The notes beneath the pieces were generated by a model that saw only the letters and a program-made list of their open reading frames with translations, had not been told where the DNA came from and made no database searches. Position numbers and translations under genes: made by a program. A DNA stretch of 60,644 bases, taken from Salisapilia sapeloensis CBS 127946. Taxonomy: Eukaryota; Protista; Oomycota. Numbering within the stretch: position 1 is the first letter of the stretch; every line of letters begins with the position of its first letter. This document shows, in pieces, positions 22,209-32,649 of the stretch. The DNA lies in NCBI GenBank assembly GCA_023334545.1, contig JAADVB010000099.1, forward strand, positions 1-60,644, written 5' to 3'.

Positions 22209-22674
22209 TTGACCACGTGCGCTTTGGTCGAGTCGATTCTGAAACTGAGCGAAAGTCTAAGGTGTCCAAGACTCAGACGGCACTGGTCGTTGTCGTCACG
22301 TAAAGCCTGAAGAGCCGGATATCTGGGCGAATGTATGGGCACGCCTGATGAAAAAAGTGGCTGCTTTGGCGGAAAAGTCGAGCATTCCAGTCATGGCTTC
22401 GCGGGTTCGGGACATCAGATTGATATATCTCTATCCGTCTACGCTTTCACCTGGCGCGGATATTTTTCACAAGAGCCTGTTCCGTCCATCGTATGCGATC
22501 AAGTCGTAATGTAGGCATGCCAGACTTCACAGCAGATCGTAATAGTCGAGTACTCAGTATGTCGCCATGAATCGTGCATAGACATTCTACCACATAAACC
22601 AAAATATTTTAAAATTGACTTGCGCAAACTATGGGTTCTCGTCGAGCCATTAAACTCATCAACGTAACGACGCG

Positions 22675-24202
22675 ATGGCGGACGCAGCGATCGAGGTTGC
22701 CAAAGCGTCACGAAATGGACACGCCCGAGATCCGAGGGTCTTGAGCATCCAATCCCATGTCGTGCAGGGGTACGTGGGAAACCGAAGTGCCGTGCTCCCC
22801 ATGCAATTGCTCGGTATCGACGTCGATATCATGAACACCGTGAACTTTTCAAATCACACCGGCTACGAGCACTTCACCGGCAAGCACTTGCGTCTTTCAG
22901 GAGATGATGTGCAAGAATTGCTAGACGGTTTGGAGCACAATAGCCTTCTCCAGAATGCCCACACGCACCTCTTGACAGGGTATGTCGGGAATCCAGTGCT
23001 CCTCAAGTCCCTCGTGAAGGCCTACGAGCGTATCAAAGCGTTGCAGAAAGATCCATCGGAATTTATTTACGTCTGTGATCCTGTACTGGGTGACTTGGGC
23101 AAACTGTACGTTCCGGATGAACTAGGTATCGCATCTATTCGACTATAAATCTCTGATTTATTTCTCATTCTCTCGCGTAGTGGACGTCTACAGGACAGAG
23201 GTGCTTCCCATCGTCGACGTCCTCACTCCAAATCAGTACGAGTGTGAATTACTCGCACAGACAAAGATATCTACTGTCGAAGATGCGAAAGACGCTTGTA
23301 AAAAGCTCCATCAGCTTGGTCCGAAAGTGGTCGTCATCACGAGCTTCCAGGAATCTGACACTGCGTCCGAACTAGTGGTCATTGGCAGCAAAGTCACTGG
23401 CGAGCATGGCTGTGAACAGTATGAACTGCGGTTCCCATACATTGACAGCTACTACACTGGGACAGGAGATCTCTTCGCTGCTTTGCTGCTCGGATGGCTC
23501 TACCGTCTCCCGAACGACTTCAAAACCGTTCTCGAGACCGTCCTATCGACCATGCAAGATGTCTTGCGCATCACGCTTGAACTTGGTGGGAAGGACTGTG
23601 ACCTGCGTCTCGTCCAAAGCCGCAACGTCATCGCCAATCCGACACCTCACCTCACGGCCTCGCCTTTAGCGGTGCCTATCAAGCACGTCTGGGTCGATTT
23701 TGACTTACTTCTCCAAATTCCGTCATCCTGGAGTGAACAAATGCTGGAGGAGACCGAAGCGTCTGTGCGAGATCTACCGGATGCATTGGCGCCACAGAGA
23801 GACGAAAGCAACATCATCCAGTTCTTGAACGAATGCTTGGAAGCGACAAAAGCTTCTGAAGTCGTCATCGTTTCGAGTTTCGCAACGGAGCTGACAAACC
23901 CAGTGGTCAGGAGCTGGCTCAAGGAAACGGATCTCATCGAAAAAGTCCGGGTTATCACGCCGACAGAGCTGCGGGCGTTGCTATCCGATGACGCTCCCAG
24001 AGACTCTATCGCCCAAGCACCATACACTCTGGTGCTGTCGACGAGTGAGGAGCTTACGCAGCGTCTCCGAAAGGCATCCTTCCATACGCCACAAGCTATC
24101 ATGGAGGGCTGGTCGCTGGACAAACCACTGACCGCACTTGGACTGCGTGAGTACGTGGCAACAAACAATGAACGTTGCGTCCTAGCTAGGAGCGACGAAT
24201 AG
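22675..24202 (+). CDS. PDXK: Pyridoxal kinase (PdxK, ribokinase family) with an approximately 175-aa C-terminal extension (intron 23126-23200)
   Basis: RVLSIQSHVVQGYVGN, FSNHTGY, VCDPVLGD and the anion-hole motif GTGDLFAALL. The intron joins DELV-DVY in frame. Confidence 0.93.
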
Positions 24203-24290
24203 ACAATCGGTACAAATATGTTCTGACTGATCTCAAAATACAACATAATCGACTTTCGACAATAACTAGGTCGTTCTGATTGTTTCTATC

Positions 24291-26850
24291 CTACTTTTTA
24301 GATCGATGAACTGGTGATAATGCTTTTTCGATCGAGATACTTCGAGATACGACTTTAGGCTTGATTCTAGACTCCTGGTTTTCATGGTGATTGGAAGCAG
24401 GAGGAAAAGTATGCTTTCGAGCTACCTTTCGGTCTTTTTGATCGGTAGATGTCTTTTTGGAAACACGATCTCGGTCGTTAATAAGATCCAGAACACCTTG
24501 AAATTGGTACGCGAATCCGCGAGTCGGACGAATATCGCGAGCTATTGGAATCATATGATGGTCTCTCAACCTATTGTAACCATGGATAGGTAGCATGAAG
24601 CCATAACGATTCTTTCCAATAGCCATGCAGTCGGTTGATGGGTCGCTCGAGTCTGACGTCAGTCCGACCCAATTCCAAAGACGCAAGTTCCGAACCCAAG
24701 CTGTATTCGCTACGAGCCGGGCAGTATGGCCTCGGTAGACACGTTGAATGTTCAAAGCAGCGTGCAATGTACGTATTTTCATTGTTGGAACAGCGTATGA
24801 CCTTGACGGTAGATAGAGTACCACGGTTTTACCGTATTGAAAACCATTTCGCTCATTCACGAAATGTGTAATTGAAAGTATTCCGGGGTCGTCTCTCCAC
24901 ATGTGCCTCGTAAGCCATCCTTTGACCATCTTTTGAATAGAAATTGCGCCATAGAACCTTTTGTGAATCCAAATACGCCGCCTATAGCGCATCCAAGCGA
25001 TCTGGATTGCACTTGCATTTTGCTCGCTATGTATCTTGTCCATTCGACTTCTCTCTTCCTCCGCCTTCTTCCTCTTCCGATCTCTTATATTTCTTGAAAG
25101 TACATGGCGAGCTCTCCATCGTCGGAAAGAGATAATCTGAACCTCTAACTCGATCAAGTTACGGTCTGCTTCCTTTTGTAAATCGCGCATGTAAAGCATT
25201 TCTTCTCGAAAAGCCCAAGCGAGGAGACGTTGGCGATAGGATCGGTAATTACGTTGAATGCGCAGACAAGCTTTTAATCTTCGCGACGTCTTTCTAGCAA
25301 TTGCACCGACCCATATTCGATGGATCGTCGATATGCTCGAAATTACTCTGTTCTTATGTGCTTTATATTCCTGTCTACCTATCCATCTCCTTACATACGT
25401 CTGCAGCACTTTCGTCGCGCGTATTCTCTGTAGAGCTTGCATTTCATGTCGAATTTCGCGCACACGACGTCTCGACCGATTACCGCGAAAGATACGTTGG
25501 ATTCGAGTTGCAACCACAGGTGCTCTTCGAGCATAGTGAATCCTCCACAGCAGATCCTTAACTACAACTAGAACCCGATTTTCATCCCGTATAAAAACTG
25601 TGATAAGCGCTGCAATGAGCAACATTGCCTTGGATAGAAATTTTGATAATCTAGACCGGTTTGAATGGGATTTTACAATGGTCATCGACTCAAATTCAGA
25701 TGTGGAAAGAGGATGCTTTGGTGCTAACGGATGTTTGGTTTTGTCCGTAACTTCAGATTCTCTTTTGCACTCTTTCAATCCAGGAACATCAAATTCGGAT
25801 GAAGCAAAAACGCATTCACTTCTCTTGTCGAATGTCAGCGTTGCCAAGTAAGATTCGAGGTGATTGCGGCACATGCCGAAAGAATTTAAACGATGAATCG
25901 GTGTACACGATGGAGCACTCGACTTGCTCTTTTTGTATTCATGAATGCACTTGGGCGTGTGGTAGCCGCAAAAAGAAAGAAATGATCCGGGCAAAGATGG
26001 ATGACCAAGGACCCGATTTGTGCATTTCCACAGATATGCGCTTCCAGAGTGTTCCTTTTGCCACCTGCACAGACTTTGAGCATGTAATCCCATGCCACTA
26101 CTTGCTCTCTTTAAGGTTCCGCCTCTCCGAAGATACGAGTAAACTTCCTTCTTCGTTCCATGTATCAAACTGATCGTGAATACGCCTGGAACGTTAATTG
26201 GCCGTACACGTGCTGGTACTCGCTGCAGGGTGCCACGCTCTTCTGTCGCTGTACTTTCATAACAGCCCAAGCAAAGTCCTTCAGCATTTGGAATTTCGAT
26301 GCTTTTGCTCTTGTCGAGTGGATGATCCGCATGGACACATTCACGGACGTGCCAAAGACAAAACCTTTCACGTTTGTGCATGCTTCCGTTTTCATCTAGT
26401 TGGGGATCGTTTCCTTTAACTTTAGGGAAAAAGGGATTGACGCAACGATAAGCCTTGCCTCCCAGGCGCTCTCTAGCATCTTTTTTAGTGTTTGCATTTA
26501 TATAGCATAAATTTTGCCTACTGCCATGTACACTGGTCATCAGTTATACTGTCCGCTTGGACTCGAAGGTTACTCTGGAAACCGTTCAATTCTTCATCCA
26601 TTGCTGCAGCTACATCACCGATCCTGTTTTGCATAGCAGTGCCCAAACTTTCACGTTCAATACGCGTTTTCGCCACACTTGTGTTCGATGCTTGTTTCCA
26701 TCTCCACTTGCCTTCAAGTTCCGCCAAGTATTTCCTTGCGTTCCACTCTTTAATCGATATCTCGTTGTTATAATCCCCATACTCTTCAATAGCATTAGAT
26801 AGTTTCCTTCTCCCTGGGCTTTGTGCATATGCACTACGTCTCCTTGGCAT
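24291..26850 (-). CDS. Multi-IQ-motif protein with two N-terminal Cys/His repeats (intron 26473-26521)
   Basis: About seven IQ-like motifs, e.g. IQRIFRGNRSR, IQRNYRSYRQR, IQKMVKGWLTR and IQRVYRGHTAR. A 49-nt GTAGGC...CTAG intron fuses the 26518-26850 and 24291-26540 ORFs. Confidence 0.8.
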
Positions 26851-27190
26851 ACCTCAGATTATCTCACTTTATAGGATCAAAAGTTCGTTCTTCGGCGACA
26901 TGAAACACCTACTCTTCAACAGTCATCATATTATCCTCAAAGCGACTCCAAGAAGTGTCGCTTCAAAGTCCATTCTTTTTGCAACGACTCTGGAAAGCTC
27001 ATTGAGACTTTATTTAATCAATCGTTGCAATGTCTAGTCGATGCATGCGTCTTTCGAACGGAAGATTACGAGGGAGAATGGAATTTTACGCGGTTCTTGT
27101 CCTGTGGCTAGCCCTGGTCCCACTTTGTCTTTCGTCCAAAGGTATAATGTGTGCTATCAGTGCCTTTTCGAAGTAGAACCACCTCATCAC

Positions 27191-29386
27191 ATGACGAATG
27201 TAGATGACAACATGCACGACACCTTTATGCTCAAAGAAAATGAAGGAATAAAAGGTATTCCTATTGCAAGTGATGCGCTCGTCGTTGGGGTGATGATCAC
27301 ATTCCTGATCACTCTTTCCATTGCATTCGAAGTATCTAGTGGATACTTAAAGGATTCAACGGACGACATGAACATGCCATTCGTGAACACTGCCTTTAGT
27401 GACCTCACGACGCTCGGATTCATTGGATTGATCCTTTATATCGCCACAAAGATAGAATTATTTTCCTACATATCATCCGCAGCCTTTGGCCACAAGGAAA
27501 AAATTGTTGAGGCTGTAGAAGAACTCCACATGGGTCTATTCCTCTTTATCCTTGTCTTTCTACTTTTATGCTGTGCTCTTCTAAGGCTCGGCACTCAAGC
27601 TCAAAATGAATGGCGTGAGTTTGAGCGAAATGCAAGTGACATTCCAATTGCTATATCAGCGTATACACTCGCGACAGAAACCCCTCGATCCTGGAAAGAA
27701 TATTTTTCATTGCATCGCTATTTGCGAGCTCGGAAAGCTCGAAGGGAGCTGACTTATCTTGCTTTGCGAAAAAGGTTTCTAGATTACCGGTCAAACCATC
27801 CTGATCCTGGTACTGCGCACAGTTTAGCGAAAGAATTTCAGTTGAACGCGTACGCTCCATTTCCATTCAATGAATACCTGTCTATCATTTATGGTGGAAT
27901 GATGGCCAAACTGATCGAACTCGACGCTTACACTTGGATTGGACTTGAAGTAACTCTCGTTGTATCCCTTGCAATATGCAGTGCATTAGGAACTAGTACA
28001 AGAATCTGGGTTTTGATGGTGTTTGGGCTTGCCCTCATCGCAATGAATCGGTATGTCTACAAGCGCATCTATGATGCCAGGACTTTGCTAACTCCACCAG
28101 CAATGCTAATGGATGCTGAAAGACTACGTCGGAAAAATGAATGGCGTTCACAATTTATGCTTCCGCTGTATGAATCCAACGAGCAGTCTCATATGCTGGA
28201 AAGTGTACAGATATCAGAGGTAGATTTTACTCCACCTTACTTGGAACTACTTCCCGGTGGAGGTTACCATTTGTCTGAAGCTGAACTGCAGATTTATCAG
28301 CGAAAGCTAGTGGGAGGAAGAGGAGACGGTGCTAAACTAACTATCTTTTTAACGCGACTGCTCTTCTTGCTAACTGCGATGCATTTATCTATCTTCCTGA
28401 TGCAGACCATGTCTGAGATCAATAAGGTCTTTTCATCAATCCTGCTCAGATGTATCCTGTACACATGCTTTCTGCTTCCGACTATACTTGTTACCAGCCT
28501 GTCAACAGATATTGCAAGAGATGTTTTGTATGCATTTAATGTGGAGCATCTGAAGTCTGCTCGAGTTATGGTGACAATCTCTCGACTAGTGAAAGCAAGG
28601 CAAACGTTGCGTACATTACGCTGTATTGCCGAAATGAAGATATACCTTCGAGAAGCGCTACAACGAGAAAAAGCTCGAGGCTTTGCAAAACACGTGCTTC
28701 CTATCACAGCTTCACTTCATGCTTCCTCCTCGATGTATTCTACCGTTTTTTCACCCAAGAACAAAAGGAAAGGTGGCAATAGCTCAAGACAAATTTCTCC
28801 TGCGCGACGTTCAAGAGCTAAACGTTCTGAGTCGTACATTTCATCCTTATCTAGTTCAAATACTGGCTCCCGCCCAATATCACCGTTGTCATCCTACACC
28901 TCGCCTCGCCATAGGCAAAGTGATGCTTATCAACTTGAAATGGAGCGTCGTGATATTCATGCAATATTCTGCTTATTTGACGTGGATGGGTCGGGAACTG
29001 TATCGCGAGAAGAGATGAGAACTTTGCTAGAGGCGATAACGTATCATGTGGACGAAGCTGACTTGACGAAGCTCATGAAAGAGCTTACGGGTGGAGATGA
29101 TGAACAAGATGACATTACATTTGAAGCTTTCTATAATTGGTGCCTTCAACGCATTCATCAAAGCACCCGGACGAAAGAGGATCTTATTGAGGAAGTGTTT
29201 CGGCTTGTTGATGCGGATGGGAGTGGGTATATTACTGTCGAAGAGTTCATTTCTATCTTTAAGACGCTTGGTCAAGCGATTGAAGCAGACGATGTTCGTG
29301 AACTTGTCTATCAAATGGACCGCAACGATGACAATAGGATCGACTTAGATGAGTTCAAGAAGATGCTCTACAAACACGAAGTTTAA
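27191..29386 (+). CDS. MLO-like multi-pass membrane protein fused to a C-terminal calmodulin-like EF-hand domain
   Basis: About seven hydrophobic segments with MLO-like motifs LTTLGFIGLILY, VEELHMGLFLF, TYLALRKRFL and FPFNEYL...TW. EF loops DVDGSGTVSREE, DADGSGYITVEE and DRNDDNRIDLDE, plus one degenerate hand. Start placed at ATG 27191; ATG 27041 is also in frame. Confidence 0.8.
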   Translation: MTNVDDNMHDTFMLKENEGIKGIPIASDALVVGVMITFLITLSIAFEVSSGYLKDSTDDMNMPFVNTAFSDLTTLGFIGLILYIATKIELFSYISSAAFGHKEKIVEAVEELHMGLFLFILVFLLLCCALLRLGTQAQNEWREFERNASDIPIAISAYTLATETPRSWKEYFSLHRYLRARKARRELTYLALRKRFLDYRSNHPDPGTAHSLAKEFQLNAYAPFPFNEYLSIIYGGMMAKLIELDAYTWIGLEVTLVVSLAICSALGTSTRIWVLMVFGLALIAMNRYVYKRIYDARTLLTPPAMLMDAERLRRKNEWRSQFMLPLYESNEQSHMLESVQISEVDFTPPYLELLPGGGYHLSEAELQIYQRKLVGGRGDGAKLTIFLTRLLFLLTAMHLSIFLMQTMSEINKVFSSILLRCILYTCFLLPTILVTSLSTDIARDVLYAFNVEHLKSARVMVTISRLVKARQTLRTLRCIAEMKIYLREALQREKARGFAKHVLPITASLHASSSMYSTVFSPKNKRKGGNSSRQISPARRSRAKRSESYISSLSSSNTGSRPISPLSSYTSPRHRQSDAYQLEMERRDIHAIFCLFDVDGSGTVSREEMRTLLEAITYHVDEADLTKLMKELTGGDDEQDDITFEAFYNWCLQRIHQSTRTKEDLIEEVFRLVDADGSGYITVEEFISIFKTLGQAIEADDVRELVYQMDRNDDNRIDLDEFKKMLYKHEV

Positions 29387-29645
29387 CTTTTTCGATTGCT
29401 CCGTGACGTATTGTGACATTTTAGTGATGGTATAAACGACAAGCTAAAAGCATCAATCTGAGCAAGATGATTGCCATCTATCGAGTAGACGTCACAGTTG
29501 AAAAATAATACTGATTGAATGAAACAATGTGGTTGGGGCATGGAGTGGTGCTAGCTCTATAGGAGTAAGCATTCGATGAAGGATGAGATGCCATATCTCG
29601 ATTTACCGTCGAAGCAGTAAGCCTGGTACTCCATACCATAGCATC

Positions 29646-30968
29646 ATGACTTCCCCGCTTTCCACTCTGAAGAGAAGCCTTCTTTTGGCGATACTGACTG
29701 TCGTTTGGCATTGTTGCGCAGTCCAGACGCATGATGCATTCCCAGTTCGTCTTGGGACCGGATGCAAGTACGGTGACTACAATTCTTTACGACAAATTTC
29801 CGATGGCACGAACAGCGAACGCGGCAAGCCATACTATAGTTACACACTAAGATCTCGTTTGGGCGAAGGATCGTATGTGCTCCACTTCGTGCTTTTCCGC
29901 TTGCCCTCTGAAGACGAGCTAGTCGTCTATAACGACTCTGAAGAAGTGTACGCGTTGAAGGGATCGGACACCTCGGAAAGCTTCTACTCAGCTCCAGTTG
30001 TTGGAAAGGATTTTACGCTCAAGTTGTTCAAGCACTCTAGCACATCCACTGAACAATTGGAAGATAAATGCTTTGGCTTTGAAGTGGACAGCTTCATCTT
30101 CTTATCGACAGAGAATGTCGAGCAAATGGAAGCACTGAACTTCACCAGTGGAATCGTTTCACATGGCTCGCAATCTCCAGCAGATAAAGGGAACGACGAA
30201 AGCTTGTGTGGGGAAGACGAATCAAAGCCAGCTGTATGCTTCGAGACGGAGGAAAATGCTGACAAATACCGAGCAGCACGAGGTGTCGCAAGACTCACAA
30301 TTTCTCGTACGCAGACCATGCGAGTCGCATACTGCACGGGATTCCTTCTTGGATGTGAGGGCCATTTGCTTACCAACCAACATTGCATTGAGAACTGGTT
30401 GGATGCATTCAACACTGAGGTTGAGTTCTTTGCTGAGTCACCTGTATGTGATGCTGAAGCTAGCAACTCAAGCGAAAGTTGCACCGAACGTGGCTCTTGC
30501 GCTGGGAGCATTGTCTTTCCATCAACAACTCTCGTCGCTGTATCAGAGGAACTTGACTATGCTCTCGTCAAGCTCCCATACTTGCAAACCTTTAGAGGGA
30601 TTACCTCATTGTACGAAATCGGCACATACCTTCAGCTGCGAGAAAGCGGGCCAGTTGTCAAGGAAGAAGTTTACATCCCTCAACACCCACTCGGTGGTGG
30701 AAAGCGTATCTCCATGGCTTCGGATGCATCACCTGGTGTTATTGAATCCCTCACAGCAGACGCTTGCGGTGGTTCCGATGCTGGGTACTACTTGGACACG
30801 CAAGATGGCAGCTCTGGTTCTCCTGTCATCGGAGTTTCGGACAACACGGTCGTAGCGCTTCATCATTGCGGTGGGTGCTTAAATGGAGGTATCTTATCCA
30901 ACAAGATTATCGAAGACCTGAAAAGCAAGAATGTACTTCCACGGTGCGCGGTGGCGCAGCAACCTTAG
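29646..30968 (+). CDS. Secreted trypsin-like serine protease of bacterial lysyl/glutamyl-endopeptidase type, with an N-terminal pro/CUB-like domain
   Basis: Signal-like LLLAILTVVWHCCA. Catalytic triad LLTNQHC, ELDYAL and TQDGSSGSP, followed by VVALHH. Confidence 0.88.
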   Translation: MTSPLSTLKRSLLLAILTVVWHCCAVQTHDAFPVRLGTGCKYGDYNSLRQISDGTNSERGKPYYSYTLRSRLGEGSYVLHFVLFRLPSEDELVVYNDSEEVYALKGSDTSESFYSAPVVGKDFTLKLFKHSSTSTEQLEDKCFGFEVDSFIFLSTENVEQMEALNFTSGIVSHGSQSPADKGNDESLCGEDESKPAVCFETEENADKYRAARGVARLTISRTQTMRVAYCTGFLLGCEGHLLTNQHCIENWLDAFNTEVEFFAESPVCDAEASNSSESCTERGSCAGSIVFPSTTLVAVSEELDYALVKLPYLQTFRGITSLYEIGTYLQLRESGPVVKEEVYIPQHPLGGGKRISMASDASPGVIESLTADACGGSDAGYYLDTQDGSSGSPVIGVSDNTVVALHHCGGCLNGGILSNKIIEDLKSKNVLPRCAVAQQP

Positions 30969-31182
30969 ATCTCTGATAAAGTAACAGAAAAAAATAAATT
31001 CCAAGAAAATAAATATTTGATGACAAAATCTGCAATACTTTTGGCTTTTACTGCTACTACTTTCATATCCTTTCCACGTTGAGACAAAAGGTAAGGCCAC
31101 AGCGTTATCAATCCGTACTTGCATAAGAACAATACTTTGTCTGATGCGAATTAACGTCGGTACCTCTGACCCTCATGCACTT

Positions 31183-31560
31183 TCATCCAACTCTCCGCAG
31201 TTTAAAAAAGCACCTATATAAGAGCAGCTCTCGCTGAAGCAACAAATTTACTCATTAAAATGCTCGCGTAAAAGACTCCATGGCTCATTTACTTGAAGTA
31301 GATTGCCAGACGATGAATGCAGCGAAAGTGACAGGAAAGAAGCTGCATGAGCTAAGCTATCAAGCCACTCTCTAAAGTTAATATAAATCCAAGGCTTGCA
31401 AGCGCATATGCATACTCATGTTTGTTCATAGTCTCTATATCTGCAAAGAGCACCACATCTGTCTGCTCAAAAGTAGATTCCAACACTTCACTCCAGGGTT
31501 TCCAGATCTGTGTTGAAGTAGATAAACCTTCCCAAGAATTTCTAATATAAATCTTTGTAT
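31183..31560 (-). CDS. Possible short-exon gene fragment, start not resolved
   Basis: Reading TKIYIRNSWEGLS...ETMNKHE|EWLDSLAHAASFLSLSL...REHFNE|CFFKLRRVG* across GTATGC...TTAG (31372-31415) and GTAAAT...ATAG (31214-31251). The introns are short and no family is recognised. Confidence 0.25.
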
Positions 31561-31616
31561 GCTATAAAATTGAAGCAGTCAACTTCAACTATAGGAACAG
31601 CAACATCCAACTTGCT

Positions 31617-31630
31617 TCATTCCGCAATTT
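31617..31630 (+). promoter_or_regulatory. Oomycete core promoter initiator + FPR element
   Basis: TCATTCCGCAATTT matches the established oomycete consensus YCATTYYNCAWTTT and sits 27 nt upstream of ATG 31657. Confidence 0.75.
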
Positions 31631-31656
31631 ACTATTGACTATTCAAGCTAGTTGGA

Positions 31657-32451
31657 ATGGCGAAGACGAGGAACATGAAAAAGAAATCTGATAGTAGAAA
31701 GCTACGTGAGAAAACGAACCTTACACAATCCAGTCAAGCTTCCCAAGAGATCGCGAGTCAAGATAAAAAGGCTTCAACTCAAACATTCGATCCTCGTGCA
31801 GCTATTGCAACAGCGCAGAGCGACTTATTTGATGAAGCAAAGAAAGTTGACATCCAGAAGAACAAGGAAAGTAAACCTGCTATAAGATTCTGGTCTCCGG
31901 GTGCTCAAAAAGATGCGAAATTGAGTGCGGGAACGGCAATATCTTCCGAATTAGAGACGCCACCAAAGTACAAGCCACCATCGAGGCTTTCCAAGAGAAA
32001 GAAAGTTACGAGTAAAGAAAAAGAAGTGGAAGCATTCGTGCCGGATGACGAGCTAGACTTGAAGGAGGATGTCCAGACATCTCAAGAAGCTTGTGAAACG
32101 CGCAGCAACAAGCGATCGAGGTGATGATTATATATGTACCACCCTTTGCTTGCAGCCAACGGGAAAGATTGCAAAGATATGTTATCATTTATAAATTAAC
32201 GCATTTTGCAGTCCATCTCGTAAAGAGAAAGGAAAAATACGGAAGCGGGCGCCTGCCAAGAGTTCCAAGGTGCTTCGATGATACCACTTTGCTTCTGCCT
32301 CTTGTAAAATAAAATGCTTGTATAGACCACGATAGCAAAATCCAAGGCACCAGCAAAGTCTGAAGGCAAGCCCCGCAGGTACGAATTGCATATATAACAT
32401 GTCTTAGTAGTCTTGGTAGCACTGACTTGGATCGGATGTAGAAAAAAGTAA
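31657..32451 (+). CDS. Lys/Ser-rich, probably disordered protein (4 exons; introns 32121-32211, 32270-32325, 32379-32441)
   Basis: Canonical splice sites extend the listed ORF to ...SPSRKEKGKIRKRAPAKSSK|TTIAKSKAPAKSEGKPR|RKK*. Composition is consistent across exons. Confidence 0.7.
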
Positions 32452-32649
32452 GATTCTGCTCGAGGTACACCGCATCATCGGCGTAGACCAGATGGAAAGT
32501 ATCATAGCGTGCGTAAATGTCACAGCCTGCTAGATGACGGCCGATTTGGTCGTGCCACGACCAGCTCCTCTCCATCCAAAGACCAAAGAAGCACTTTCAA
32601 CGTCAATTTATGCTCCCTCCAAAGACTCTTCGCAAATTAACTCGCCATT

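Noticed and set aside
27041-27190. 50-aa N-terminal extension of the MLO-like ORF
   Set aside because: In frame but not protein-family-like, and it lies in the presumed shared promoter. Left as an unresolved alternative start.
14516-30968. RxLR-dEER or Crinkler LFLAK effector motifs in the secreted proteins
   Set aside because: None found after the signal peptides.
32189-32575. 128-aa minus-strand ORF
   Set aside because: Antisense to the spliced 3' exons of the 31657 gene. The DSP gene already terminates at 32650.
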